Assembly (NCBI GenBank): GCA_028713675.1
Contig: JAQTNV010000011.1
Coordinates: forward strand, 4,411 to 68,410
Source of the DNA: a bacterium
GTDB taxonomy: Bacteria; Desulfobacterota; JAPLJL01
Direction of reading: 5' to 3'
Length of the DNA: 64,000 nt
In this document: piece after piece, positions 8,420-16,990 of the stretch
How the letters are laid out: each line of letters begins with the position of its first letter
Numbering within the stretch: position 1 is the stretch's first letter
The notes under the pieces: model-generated
The model's database searches: none
Told to the model about the DNA's origin: nothing
The model's input: the letters and a program-made list of their open reading frames with translations, nothing else
Made by a program: the position numbers and the translations under genes

Positions 8420-10057
8420 ATGAAAAAGCTGCAGATATACAAAAAAGACGAACTGGTCCGGGAACAGGAACTGGAGAAGGACTCCTACTCCATCGGCCGC
8501 GACCCCCATTGTGATATTCCCCTCGAGGATAATTTTATTTCCCGCCGGCACGCCCGCATCCAGAAATCCGAAACCGGCTGGGTCCTGGAGGACCTGGGCA
8601 GCACCAACGGAACGTTCATCGGGAAGAAAAGGGTCACCCGGCAGAAGCTTTCCGGCGGGGAGGAAATCGGGATGGGCCCTTTCCGGATCAATTTTTCCGC
8701 GGATCCCCCGCCCTGCGAGCCCACCCGCGTGGCTACCGCCGGGGAATCCACCGGGAAAACCGAGGGGCGGGATAAAATCCCCGATAAACCCGTCGCGGTC
8801 CTGGATGGAAAACCCGGCCTGCTTCTCCTCGGCCCGGAAAATCTCCGCCGCTTCTTCCCGCTTCCGGAAAAGCCGGAAGACCGGGTCAAGCTCCCCGAAA
8901 TCCCCGCCGAAATGGTCCGGGAGGGACAAAATTATCTTCTCCGGTTTCCCTCCGGAAAAAACCAGCCGGAAATGGCGATCAAACCCGGATGGCAAAACCT
9001 GCCCCCCGAGTTCTCCTTCCGTCTGATCCAACCGGGGGAGATCGTGCCGATTCCCCCGTCCGCGGCCGCCCCGGCGCGCGGGAAGATCAGGCCTTCCGCC
9101 CTGCTCATCCCCGTCCTGGCTGTAATCCTTCTCCTGCTCCTGGTGCCGGCTCAAACCCTCCGGACCTGGAAAGGGAAAATATTCCGGCAGGGACAGGATG
9201 CTGTTCAAACCGGGAATCAGAATCCTCCGGAGTTTTCCCCTCCGGCCGGATCGAATCCGGCTTCCCCGCCCGCCGAACCGCCGCTCCCTGCGAACCCCCG
9301 GCCCGAAACCTCCTCAGCCGAAACCCCGCTCCCCGCGGGGAAAATCCTCCCGCCTCCCCCGCTCCCCCGGTCCGTCCCCGTAAAACCCGGACCGGCTTCC
9401 CGGACGCCCGAAGTGGTTTTTCCCTCCGAGCCGCTGGGGCCGCAGGAATCCGGCCCGTCCGCCCCGATTCTGCCCGACCGCCTGGCCCGGGGCTTCCAGG
9501 CTTACTTTGCCGGCAACCTGGGCCAGGCCCGGGAGGAATGGACTTCCGTCGCCCGAAAAATCGCCCCGGCCGAGCCGGACCGGGAAAAAGCCCTGCGCCT
9601 CGCCCGGCTCGCGGGCCAGCTCCGCGGCGAACTTTTGCTCGAGCTGGAGGCTGAAAAACAGAAAATTCTGAAGTCCGCCCGGCTGCATTTCGAGGAGGCG
9701 CAGAAACTGGACGGCGAGATCTCCCCGGGCGGTAAAGGCCGGATCCTGCCGGAAGCCCGGGAGAGGCTGGCCCGGTTCACCTCCCGGGAAGGCGAGGAAG
9801 ACCTTCAGCAAGGCGATTACCCGGCGGCTTTTCTCCGCTTCCGGGAAGCCCTCCGCCTCCTGCCCGAGCTGGCCCCGGCCCGCAACGGGCTGGCGCTGCT
9901 CGCGGAAAAAGCCCAGGTCCTCTTCCGGGAGGCCTACCAGCTGGAATCAGCCAACCGGGAGGAAGCCCGGGGTAAATACCGTCTGATCATGCAGATGCTC
10001 CCCCCGGAAGACGAATACTACCAGAAGGCCTCGCGCCGGCTGGAGGCGGGGCCGTGA
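8420..10057 (+). CDS. FHA domain-containing protein with Pro-rich linker, TM helix and TPR/coiled-coil-like C-terminal region
   Basis: It has an N-terminal FHA block (YSIGRDPHCDIPLEDNFISRRHARIQKSETGWVLEDLGSTNGTF). A TM helix (ALLIPVLAVILLLLLV) and a Pro-rich segment follow. Confidence 0.7.
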   Translation: MKKLQIYKKDELVREQELEKDSYSIGRDPHCDIPLEDNFISRRHARIQKSETGWVLEDLGSTNGTFIGKKRVTRQKLSGGEEIGMGPFRINFSADPPPCEPTRVATAGESTGKTEGRDKIPDKPVAVLDGKPGLLLLGPENLRRFFPLPEKPEDRVKLPEIPAEMVREGQNYLLRFPSGKNQPEMAIKPGWQNLPPEFSFRLIQPGEIVPIPPSAAAPARGKIRPSALLIPVLAVILLLLLVPAQTLRTWKGKIFRQGQDAVQTGNQNPPEFSPPAGSNPASPPAEPPLPANPRPETSSAETPLPAGKILPPPPLPRSVPVKPGPASRTPEVVFPSEPLGPQESGPSAPILPDRLARGFQAYFAGNLGQAREEWTSVARKIAPAEPDREKALRLARLAGQLRGELLLELEAEKQKILKSARLHFEEAQKLDGEISPGGKGRILPEARERLARFTSREGEEDLQQGDYPAAFLRFREALRLLPELAPARNGLALLAEKAQVLFREAYQLESANREEARGKYRLIMQMLPPEDEYYQKASRRLEAGP

Positions 10058-11811
10058 AGCTTCCCTTCCGCCTGGGACATTACGTGCTCACCGAGCTGGT
10101 CGCCTCGGGCGGGATGGCCCAGGTCTTCCGGGGCAAAGCCCTGGGGCCGGGCGGATTTGAAAAAACCGTCGCGGTGAAAATGATCCATCCCCACCTCTCC
10201 GCCGACCGGGACTTCATCGACATGCTGATCGACGAGGCCAAGTTGACCGCCGGCCTTACCCACCCGAACATCGCCCAGACCATTGATTTCCTGGAGGATG
10301 AAAACCGCTATTTCCTGGTGATGGAATACATCGACGGGCAGAATCTCCGGGGGATCCTGAAAAGGGCCGAGGAACTCGGCCGGCCCCTCGCCTTTCCGGA
10401 CGCTGCCTTCATCGCCCTGGGCGCGGCGTCCGGGCTCGGGTTCGCCCATTCCCGGATGGACGAGGACGACCGCCACCTGGGGATCATCCACCGGGACGTG
10501 AGCCCGCAGAACATCCTGGTTTCCTACGAGGGAGATGTGAAACTGGTGGATTTCGGCGTGGCCAAGGCCGCCGGGCGCCTTTCCGTCACCCAGACCGGGG
10601 TCCTGAAGGGCAAGTTCGCCTACATGTCCCCCGAGCAGGCCGACGGCCAGGCCCTCGACCACCGCTCCGATATCTTCTCTCTCGGGGTGGTGATGTACGA
10701 ACTTTTCACCGGCAACCGCCTCTTCCAGGGCGACAGTGACATCTCCACGCTCCGCCGGGTGCGCGAGGCCCGGGTGGAACCGCCCCGGAAAACCTGCCCC
10801 GAAATCCCGGAGGAGCTCGAGGTCATCACCCTGCGCTGCCTGGCCCGCGAACCCGGCGGGCGCTACCAGGCCGCGGCCCGGCTCCGGGACGACCTCCAGC
10901 TCTTTCTTTCCCGCGCCGGGTATTTTCAGTCTTCCCAGACCCTCAGCCGTTACCTGCGGGAGGCCTTTTCCGAAGAGCGGAAAAAAAACCGGAAAGAGGA
11001 GGAAAAGGAGTTTAAAAAAATATTAACTGAATCAGGATCGGAATCCGCCTCCTCCTCCAGCCTGATCGGGACCACCCCGCTCCTGCTTCCCGAAAGCGAC
11101 GAAAAGGATGCCACCAGAAAACTGGCGGGAAAGCCGCCGGCCCCCTGGCTCAGGGTGATTTTCGCCGGGGTCTTGATATTGATGCTCGCGGCCGCCGGCT
11201 TCTGGGTTTACCCGCGCCTGGTGAAAACCGGATCAAGCCCGGCCGCGGTCGTTGTCCCTCCGGCCGCGCCCGCAGTCTTACCGGCCAATCCTTCCGCGCC
11301 GCCCCCTCCGATCGCCCCGGCGCCCGCGGAGCGGGAACAACCCCGGATGGTTTCGACCGGGGAAGCGGAGAGGAAAATACCGGCTCCGCCGCCCGAGAGA
11401 AAAACCCTCCCGCCGACGGTCTTCCCCCCGGCCCCCGCCCCGAAACCGATCGAAGTGGTCCAACCCCAGCCGGACGTGGTCCTGCCCTCGGAGGATCTCA
11501 GTCCCGAGGTCAAGCCCCGGACCGCCGTAAAAACCCTGGTGGTGGTAACCCCCGCCCGAAGCGAGGTTCCGGTCCCCGCCAGGGCGCCCGCGGAGCCGGG
11601 GATTCTCGCCCTGAACGTCCTGCCCTGGGCCATGGTTTTTATCGATGGGGAAAAGAAAGGCCGGAACACCCCGATCATCAGCCTGGAGCTCGCCCCGGGA
11701 TATCACTCGGTCCGAATCATCAATACCGAGCTGAAGGTCGACCGGACGGTCCCGTTCGAGATCAAGACGGGGGAAACCACCCGCCAGATCATCAAATTAA
11801 CTTCTGATTAG
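10054..11811 (+). CDS. Hanks-type serine/threonine protein kinase with TM segment and C-terminal PEGA domain
   Basis: It starts at GTG overlapping the upstream stop. Kinase subdomains are present (GGMAQVFRG, VAVKM, HRDVSPQNILV, DFGVAK, SPEQ). The C-terminal ILALNVLPWAMVFIDGEKKGRNTP...GYHSVRI block is PEGA-like. Confidence 0.85.
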   Translation: MKLPFRLGHYVLTELVASGGMAQVFRGKALGPGGFEKTVAVKMIHPHLSADRDFIDMLIDEAKLTAGLTHPNIAQTIDFLEDENRYFLVMEYIDGQNLRGILKRAEELGRPLAFPDAAFIALGAASGLGFAHSRMDEDDRHLGIIHRDVSPQNILVSYEGDVKLVDFGVAKAAGRLSVTQTGVLKGKFAYMSPEQADGQALDHRSDIFSLGVVMYELFTGNRLFQGDSDISTLRRVREARVEPPRKTCPEIPEELEVITLRCLAREPGGRYQAAARLRDDLQLFLSRAGYFQSSQTLSRYLREAFSEERKKNRKEEEKEFKKILTESGSESASSSSLIGTTPLLLPESDEKDATRKLAGKPPAPWLRVIFAGVLILMLAAAGFWVYPRLVKTGSSPAAVVVPPAAPAVLPANPSAPPPPIAPAPAEREQPRMVSTGEAERKIPAPPPERKTLPPTVFPPAPAPKPIEVVQPQPDVVLPSEDLSPEVKPRTAVKTLVVVTPARSEVPVPARAPAEPGILALNVLPWAMVFIDGEKKGRNTPIISLELAPGYHSVRIINTELKVDRTVPFEIKTGETTRQIIKLTSD

Positions 11812-11823
11812 TTGTTTTTCGTA

Positions 11824-11848
11824 GGTAGCCGCAACCTTTAGGTTGCGC
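11824..11848 (+). repeat. post-stop hairpin motif GTAGCCGCAACCTTTAGGTTGCG (copy 1)
   Basis: A GCAACC/GGTTGC stem sits 13 nt after the kinase stop. The same motif follows two other genes in sense orientation (23764-23786, 41293-41315 minus). Confidence 0.55.
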
Positions 11849-11924
11849 CATTTTCGCAGGCTTCCCTCGTCCATAATGCCTCGGGATCTGATCGTTAAGC
11901 CTACGGACTTTTTTATTTCTTACG

Positions 11925-12012
11925 ACACTATGGACACGATGGACACTACGAACTCAATGGACGCCTTCCGTCTTACCTTTGACCTTTGAGCTTTCAGCTT
12001 TGAGCTCTTTGC
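11925..12012 (+). repeat. ~75-nt direct repeat (GACACTATGGACAC...GAACTCAATGGACGCCTTCCGTCTTACCTTTGACCTTTGAGCTTT), left copy
   Basis: It is near-identical to 13487-13562, including a 45-nt exact core. The two copies bracket the MFS transporter gene. Confidence 0.7.
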
Positions 12013-12028
12013 TCTTTGCCCTCTGCGA

Positions 12029-13309
12029 CTAGGCCTCGATCTTCGTTCCCTTCGTTTCCGGGAAGGTCCAGATCCAGGCCCCGGTCAGGAGGGCGAAAAT
12101 CGCCGCCAGGGAGATTCCGCCGGAAAGACCGTAAGTCGAGGCGACCGCGATGATGATCACCGGGGTGAAAAACTGGATCCCGCGGGCCAGGTTGAAGGCC
12201 GATCCCATCGCGGTGTTCCGGATTTCGGTGGGGAACAGCTCCGCGAAGAGCGGGCCGTAACCGCTGAACATCCCCGTCCCGAACCCGACCAGGAACATGA
12301 AGCTCAGGATCAGGGGCGGGTATTCGGCCACCAGGCCCCAGCAGAGCGTGATCATGACCAGCCCCAAGGCCCTGATCACCGCGTAAACCGAGTAGGCCGG
12401 CCTGCGACCGAACCGGTCGGCCGCGAACCCGAAGCTCAGGTAACCCAACAACCCCCCGGCCTGGTTAACCAGCATCCAGACCGCCGATTTCGTCATCGAA
12501 AATCCCCGTTGCTCGTGGAGATAGCCCGGAAGCCAGGAATAAGTGAACCAGTAGGCGGACATGTCGAAGATCGCCAGGATCAGGGATTGGATGAAGAGCC
12601 TCCGGTATGTGTGTGAGAACAACATGAAAAATTTATTGCCGCCTTCCTTCTCCGGGGATTTGACCGGGGCCACCCCCGCGGCGACCAGCCGTTTCCGTTC
12701 CAGCCAGATGTCGGATTCCGGAAGCTGTTTCCGGATGTATATCACCAGCAGGGCGGGCAGAAAGGAGATGAAAAAGCACCAGCGCCAGCCGATTTCCGGA
12801 GCGAGGAACCCGCCGATGATGGAAGCCAGGACGATCCCGAAGGGGGCGCCGGTCTGCATGAAGGCGCCGTAGCGGCCCCGAACCCGGGCCGGGAAGGTCT
12901 CCCCCACATAGGTCTGGCCGGTGGCCCATTCCCCCCCGACCCCGAGGCCGGTGATGACCCGGAAAATCAGCAGCACCGCCAGGTTGGGGGCGAACCCGCA
13001 GAGAAAAGTCCCGAGGCTGTAGGTGACAATCGTCCACTGCAGAACCCGCTTCCGGCCGAAATGGTCGGAGAGGATTCCGAAAATCACCCCGCCCAGCGCG
13101 GTCGCGGCCAGGGAAGCGCCCATGACGTAGGAAAGCGCCTGGTGGGAAAGGCCGAGTTCCTTGCCGATCGGCATGAGCAGAAAAGTGAACAGGATGAGAT
13201 CGTAGAAATCAAAGACCCATCCCGCCCAGCTCATCATGAGAATTTTATGATGTTCCCGGGTGGGCTTTTCGTACTCGTTAAGAAATTTGGCCATTTTCCG
13301 TCCCCCCAT
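12029..13309 (-). CDS. MFS transporter
   Basis: It has 12 predicted TM helices and MFS signature spacing (GILSDHFGRKRV, second-half repeat). A second ATG at 13294 is an alternative start. Confidence 0.85.
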   Translation of the reverse strand: MGGRKMAKFLNEYEKPTREHHKILMMSWAGWVFDFYDLILFTFLLMPIGKELGLSHQALSYVMGASLAATALGGVIFGILSDHFGRKRVLQWTIVTYSLGTFLCGFAPNLAVLLIFRVITGLGVGGEWATGQTYVGETFPARVRGRYGAFMQTGAPFGIVLASIIGGFLAPEIGWRWCFFISFLPALLVIYIRKQLPESDIWLERKRLVAAGVAPVKSPEKEGGNKFFMLFSHTYRRLFIQSLILAIFDMSAYWFTYSWLPGYLHEQRGFSMTKSAVWMLVNQAGGLLGYLSFGFAADRFGRRPAYSVYAVIRALGLVMITLCWGLVAEYPPLILSFMFLVGFGTGMFSGYGPLFAELFPTEIRNTAMGSAFNLARGIQFFTPVIIIAVASTYGLSGGISLAAIFALLTGAWIWTFPETKGTKIEA

Positions 13310-13486
13310 TTAGGTCATAGGTGATAGGTTAAAACCCAACACCCAATACCCATCGTGTCTATTGTGTCGTCGTGTTCCTTGTGTCTATTGGGTCGAATTA
13401 TCCAATTATATTCTGACGCTACGGATTTATCCCGAAGGGTTTATCTGAGGGACTCTATGAACCCTAAGAACACAATGGATCATTAT

Positions 13487-13562
13487 TTCGACACTATGGA
13501 CACTATGGACACTATGAACTCAATGGACGCCTTCCGTCTTACCTTTGACCTTTGAGCTTTGA
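13487..13562 (+). repeat. ~75-nt direct repeat, right copy
   Basis: It matches 11925-12012. Diverged relatives occur at 16862-16925 and 63845-63900. Confidence 0.7.
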
Positions 13563-13570
13563 CCTATTAC

Positions 13571-14392
13571 TTATTTCTCCTTCCTCTGCTCCCTGACCTT
13601 CTTGACGATGAAGCGGTTGGCCCAGATATAGGCCCCGGGGAAGATGCGGTAATTGTGCCACATCAGCCAGGAGTCCCAACCCACCACGATGATCGCCTTA
13701 TTTCTCTCCACCCCCCGGAGAATTATCCGGGCGCATTTATCCGGCGCCATACCCTGAAACGGCAGTGCCTGCAGGGCCTTCTCCCGGTCGATGTTCACGT
13801 ATTTCATCGAGGAAAAGATCTGGGTATTGATGAACCCCGGGCAGACCACACTGACCTTCACCCCGTAGGTCTCCGCCTCCGAACGAAGCGAGGTGGAGAG
13901 CCCAACCACCGCATGCTTGGTGGTCGTATAAGGCACCACCGTAGGCCAAGGGGCCAGTCCGGAGCTCGAGCCGGTATTGACGATGTGACCGTGCCCCTGC
14001 CTGATCATCAGGGGGTAAACCGCCTGGACGCCGTTGATCACCCCCCAGAGGTTCACCTCGATCACCCGCCGCCAGTCCGGGAGGGCCATGTCCTTGACGT
14101 CCCCGGTGATCGCGATCCCGGCGTTGTTGAACATGTAATCGACCCGCCCGCGGCTTTGGACCGTCCCGTCCGCCAGGTCCTGCACCGCCTGCGCGTCCGC
14201 GACGTCGAGAAAGACCGCCTGGACCCGGCCGCCGGAGCCGGAGAGCTCCTGCGCCTTTTCCTCCACCAGGTCCCGGTTGATATCAGCCATGATCACCTGC
14301 GCTTTCCGGCGGGAAAGTTCGGTCGAGAGACCCAGGCCGATCCCGGAGGCCGCGCCGGTCACGATGGCGACTTTGTCCGCAAATATATTCAT
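13571..14392 (-). CDS. SDR family NAD(P)-dependent oxidoreductase
   Basis: It has a TGAASGIG Rossmann motif and NNAG. The catalytic Y-x3-K lies in context (YTTTKHAV). Confidence 0.85.
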   Translation of the reverse strand: MNIFADKVAIVTGAASGIGLGLSTELSRRKAQVIMADINRDLVEEKAQELSGSGGRVQAVFLDVADAQAVQDLADGTVQSRGRVDYMFNNAGIAITGDVKDMALPDWRRVIEVNLWGVINGVQAVYPLMIRQGHGHIVNTGSSSGLAPWPTVVPYTTTKHAVVGLSTSLRSEAETYGVKVSVVCPGFINTQIFSSMKYVNIDREKALQALPFQGMAPDKCARIILRGVERNKAIIVVGWDSWLMWHNYRIFPGAYIWANRFIVKKVREQRKEK

Positions 14393-14629
14393 CTCACCTT
14401 TCCATTTATAGGTTATGGGTCATAGGTTATGGGCGAAACGCATCACCCATTACCTGTTATTTGCTACCTGCTACCTGCTTTCTTTTTCTTTCCTTTCTAT
14501 CAGAAATCACGGTTTCTGCAAATATATTGATTACCCGGCGATTTAATGAAAAAATATGCTGGTCCCCAACAATGATTGAATATTCCGGTCGTCTTCCATC
14601 CCGGGAAGGTTGGGGCCGAGGGAGGAAAA

Positions 14630-16243
14630 ATGCCGAGGAAGAGAACCATGCCGAAAAAGTTTGACGTGGCGGTGGTGGGCGCCGGGATCTCGGGTCTCAC
14701 CTGCGCCAATTACCTCGCCCGGGGAGGCAAAAAGGTGGTCCTGCTGGAGCAAAACCACCAGGCCGGCGGCTGCATGTCGGGTTTCTGGCGGAAGGATTTT
14801 TATTTTGACGGCGGTGACCAGTCCTTCGAGAGCACGGGGATCGTCTTTCCCATTCTGAAGGAACTCGGAGTCTACGACGAGCACGACTGGCACCAGGTGC
14901 ACTACCGGGCCAAGACCCCCGACTGGGATTTTGTCGTCACCTCCCTCGAGGACACCCGCGACCGGATCATGGCGGCCTTCCCCGGCGAGCCCGGGGTCAA
15001 AGCCATTTTCGCGGAGGTGGAAAGATGCACGGATTTCCTTTCCGGTCTGTGCGATCCCTGGCATTTCCCTCTCCTGGAAAAGCCCAAACCCCGGGACATC
15101 CTCTACCTGATCAAGTGGCTCCCCGAAATCCAGCGCTGGAGCGACTACAGCTTCAAGGAGCGGCTCTGCGCCCAGATCCGGCAGGAGGACCTGCGCAACT
15201 GGTTCCTAAACGCTGGTTATTACAAGATGCCCTTTATGCTTTTCGGCGGCTTCTGGTATGCCTGGGTCAAGGATTACTGGTACCCGGCCGGCGGGCTCCA
15301 GAGCCTGATGGACAGCCTGGTCAGGAAATTCGAAGGACTGGGCGGGGTGGCCCGCTTTAAGACCCCGGTCAAGAAGATCCTGGTCGCGGACGGCGAGGCT
15401 TCCGGCATCCTGACCGGCGAAGGAGAGAAGATCGAAGCCGAATACGTGGTCTACGCCGGGGATTACAAGCGGCTGGTTTCCCAGGTGCTGGGGTCAAAAT
15501 ACTTCGATCTGGATTTCGTCCAGAAGGTCGAGCGGAGCCGGCTGACCGAGAGTTTGGTCGCGGTCTACTTGGGACTCGATATCCCCCCCGAGGAAATGAA
15601 ACGGCATCTCCAGACCCATCACGTGATTTACACTCCGAACCTCGACGTGATCTTCCCCGGCCGGGACTCGGAGCGCGAGGTGCATCAGAAGATGTGGATG
15701 GAGCTTTCCTCCCCGAGCGTGGAAAACCCCGCCCTCGCCCCTCCCGGAAAATCCTCCCTCGTCCTCCAGACTTTCAGCCACGCGGAGTGGCAGGATCACT
15801 GGAACAACCGGGGCGAGAGCCGGGAAAGAACCTCCGAATACCGCGATTTAAAGAAGGCGGTGGGGATGGAGCTGGCCAAGAATGCCGAGGCGGTCATCCC
15901 CGGCCTCACCGAAAAGATCGCTTATATGGACGTGGGCACCCCCCTCTCCTCCGCCCGCTTCACCATGAACAGCGGGGGCGCCTCCGCGGGCTGGACCTAC
16001 AGCCTCACGGACCTGCCGATCGCGAGTAAGTACGGGTTCACCAGTTTCCGCACCCCCGTGCGGAAGCTCTACACCATCGGCCATTACTCCTTCTGGCCCG
16101 GGGGAGTTCCCAACTCGGCCTTGAGCGGCAAGATCGTGGCCGGGTTTATTCTGAAGAACCCGCTTCTCGGCCGCCTCGACCGGGCGATCGAACTCATCCA
16201 GAAACTGAGGCAGAGCCCCCTGGTCAACGCGTTCCGAAGCTGA
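14630..16243 (+). CDS. FAD-dependent oxidoreductase of the phytoene desaturase (CrtI-like) family
   Basis: It has a VVGAGISGL dinucleotide-binding motif and a C-terminal CrtI-like block. A strong SD (GGGAGGAAAAATG) sits at 14630. Confidence 0.7.
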   Translation: MPRKRTMPKKFDVAVVGAGISGLTCANYLARGGKKVVLLEQNHQAGGCMSGFWRKDFYFDGGDQSFESTGIVFPILKELGVYDEHDWHQVHYRAKTPDWDFVVTSLEDTRDRIMAAFPGEPGVKAIFAEVERCTDFLSGLCDPWHFPLLEKPKPRDILYLIKWLPEIQRWSDYSFKERLCAQIRQEDLRNWFLNAGYYKMPFMLFGGFWYAWVKDYWYPAGGLQSLMDSLVRKFEGLGGVARFKTPVKKILVADGEASGILTGEGEKIEAEYVVYAGDYKRLVSQVLGSKYFDLDFVQKVERSRLTESLVAVYLGLDIPPEEMKRHLQTHHVIYTPNLDVIFPGRDSEREVHQKMWMELSSPSVENPALAPPGKSSLVLQTFSHAEWQDHWNNRGESRERTSEYRDLKKAVGMELAKNAEAVIPGLTEKIAYMDVGTPLSSARFTMNSGGASAGWTYSLTDLPIASKYGFTSFRTPVRKLYTIGHYSFWPGGVPNSALSGKIVAGFILKNPLLGRLDRAIELIQKLRQSPLVNAFRS

Positions 16244-16275
16244 AATTGACTAGGTTTTAGGTGATGGGTGTTAAC

Positions 16276-16743
16276 CTATGACCTATCATCGATTATCTTG
16301 AATAACTCCTCGTTTTTCGGGATGTCGCTCATGCTCCTGCTGTAGTAGGAGTATTGAACCTTTCCGTCCTTGCCGATCACGAAAAGCGCGGGCATCCGGC
16401 CGAGCCTGATCAGGTGGACCTTCTGTTGGTAGAGGCCCGCCACCAAGCCATCGTCGTCGGGCAGGCCGATATAGTTCAGGCTTTTTTTCTTCCACATCCG
16501 GGCAAATTCATCCGGGGTATGCTGGCCCACCACCAGGATCTCCGCCTCCCGGGATTTGAATTTCTCGTAATCGGCCTGGAGCACCTCCAGGTGCCGTCGG
16601 GCAAAAGGTCAGCCGAAGCCGCGCAACAGGACCAGCACCACGATCTTTTTTCCGAGATAATCGGAAAGTTTCACTTCCCGGCCCTGGTAATCCTTCAGGG
16701 TGAAATCCGGGGCTTTTGTCCCCGCCGTGATGTCGCTCATCAT
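16276..16743 (-). CDS. peroxiredoxin-like 2 (SelU/PRXL2-type) thioredoxin-fold protein with in-frame TGA at the active-site position (candidate selenoprotein, otherwise pseudogene)
   Basis: A strong SD (AAAAGGAGACC) precedes the ATG at 16743. Forty-four codons (MMSDITAGTKAPDFTLKDYQGREVKLSDYLGKKIVVLVLLRGFG) run to a TGA at 16611..16609. The same frame continues (PFARRHLEVLQADYEKF...) for 102 more codons of Prx-like sequence. The TGA sits where the family has the first Cys of C-P-F-C. A 7-bp hairpin (CCUGGAG-GUG-CUCCAGG) lies 17 nt downstream of UGA. Confidence 0.5.
16575..16591 (-). promoter_or_regulatory. candidate bacterial SECIS-like hairpin downstream of in-frame UGA
   Basis: The hairpin is a perfect 7-bp stem with a G-containing 3-nt loop. 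Its apex is about 25-27 nt from the UGA, within the spacing range of bacterial SECIS elements. Confidence 0.4.
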
Positions 16744-16934
16744 GGTCTCCTTTTCGAATAATTAGGTGATCGGTTGTAGGTCATAGGTTATAGGTTATGG
16801 GTTAAGGAAAACCCAACCCCCGGGCTTCTTTAAAACCCAAGAAACCCAACGGACCGTTTTTGTTCTTTCGACACTATAGACACAATGGACACTATGAACT
16901 CTATGAACGCCTAACCTCTTACGCCTCACATCTC

Positions 16935-16990
16935 ACGCTTAGCGGCCTTCTGTCTACCGTCTACCGTCTACCTTCTGCCGTCTACCTTCT
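16935..16990 (-). repeat. GGTAGAC heptamer array overlapping the stop codon of the HIT gene
   Basis: The minus strand reads AGAAGGTAGACGGCAGAAGGTAGACGGTAGACGGTAGACA. The TAG stop lies inside the first unit. Confidence 0.6.

Noticed and set aside
8989-9654. Pro/Arg-rich 221-aa ORF overlapping FHA gene 2 in another frame
   Set aside because: It is a frame-shifted reading of the Pro-rich, GC-rich linker region of the FHA protein. There is no independent start context.
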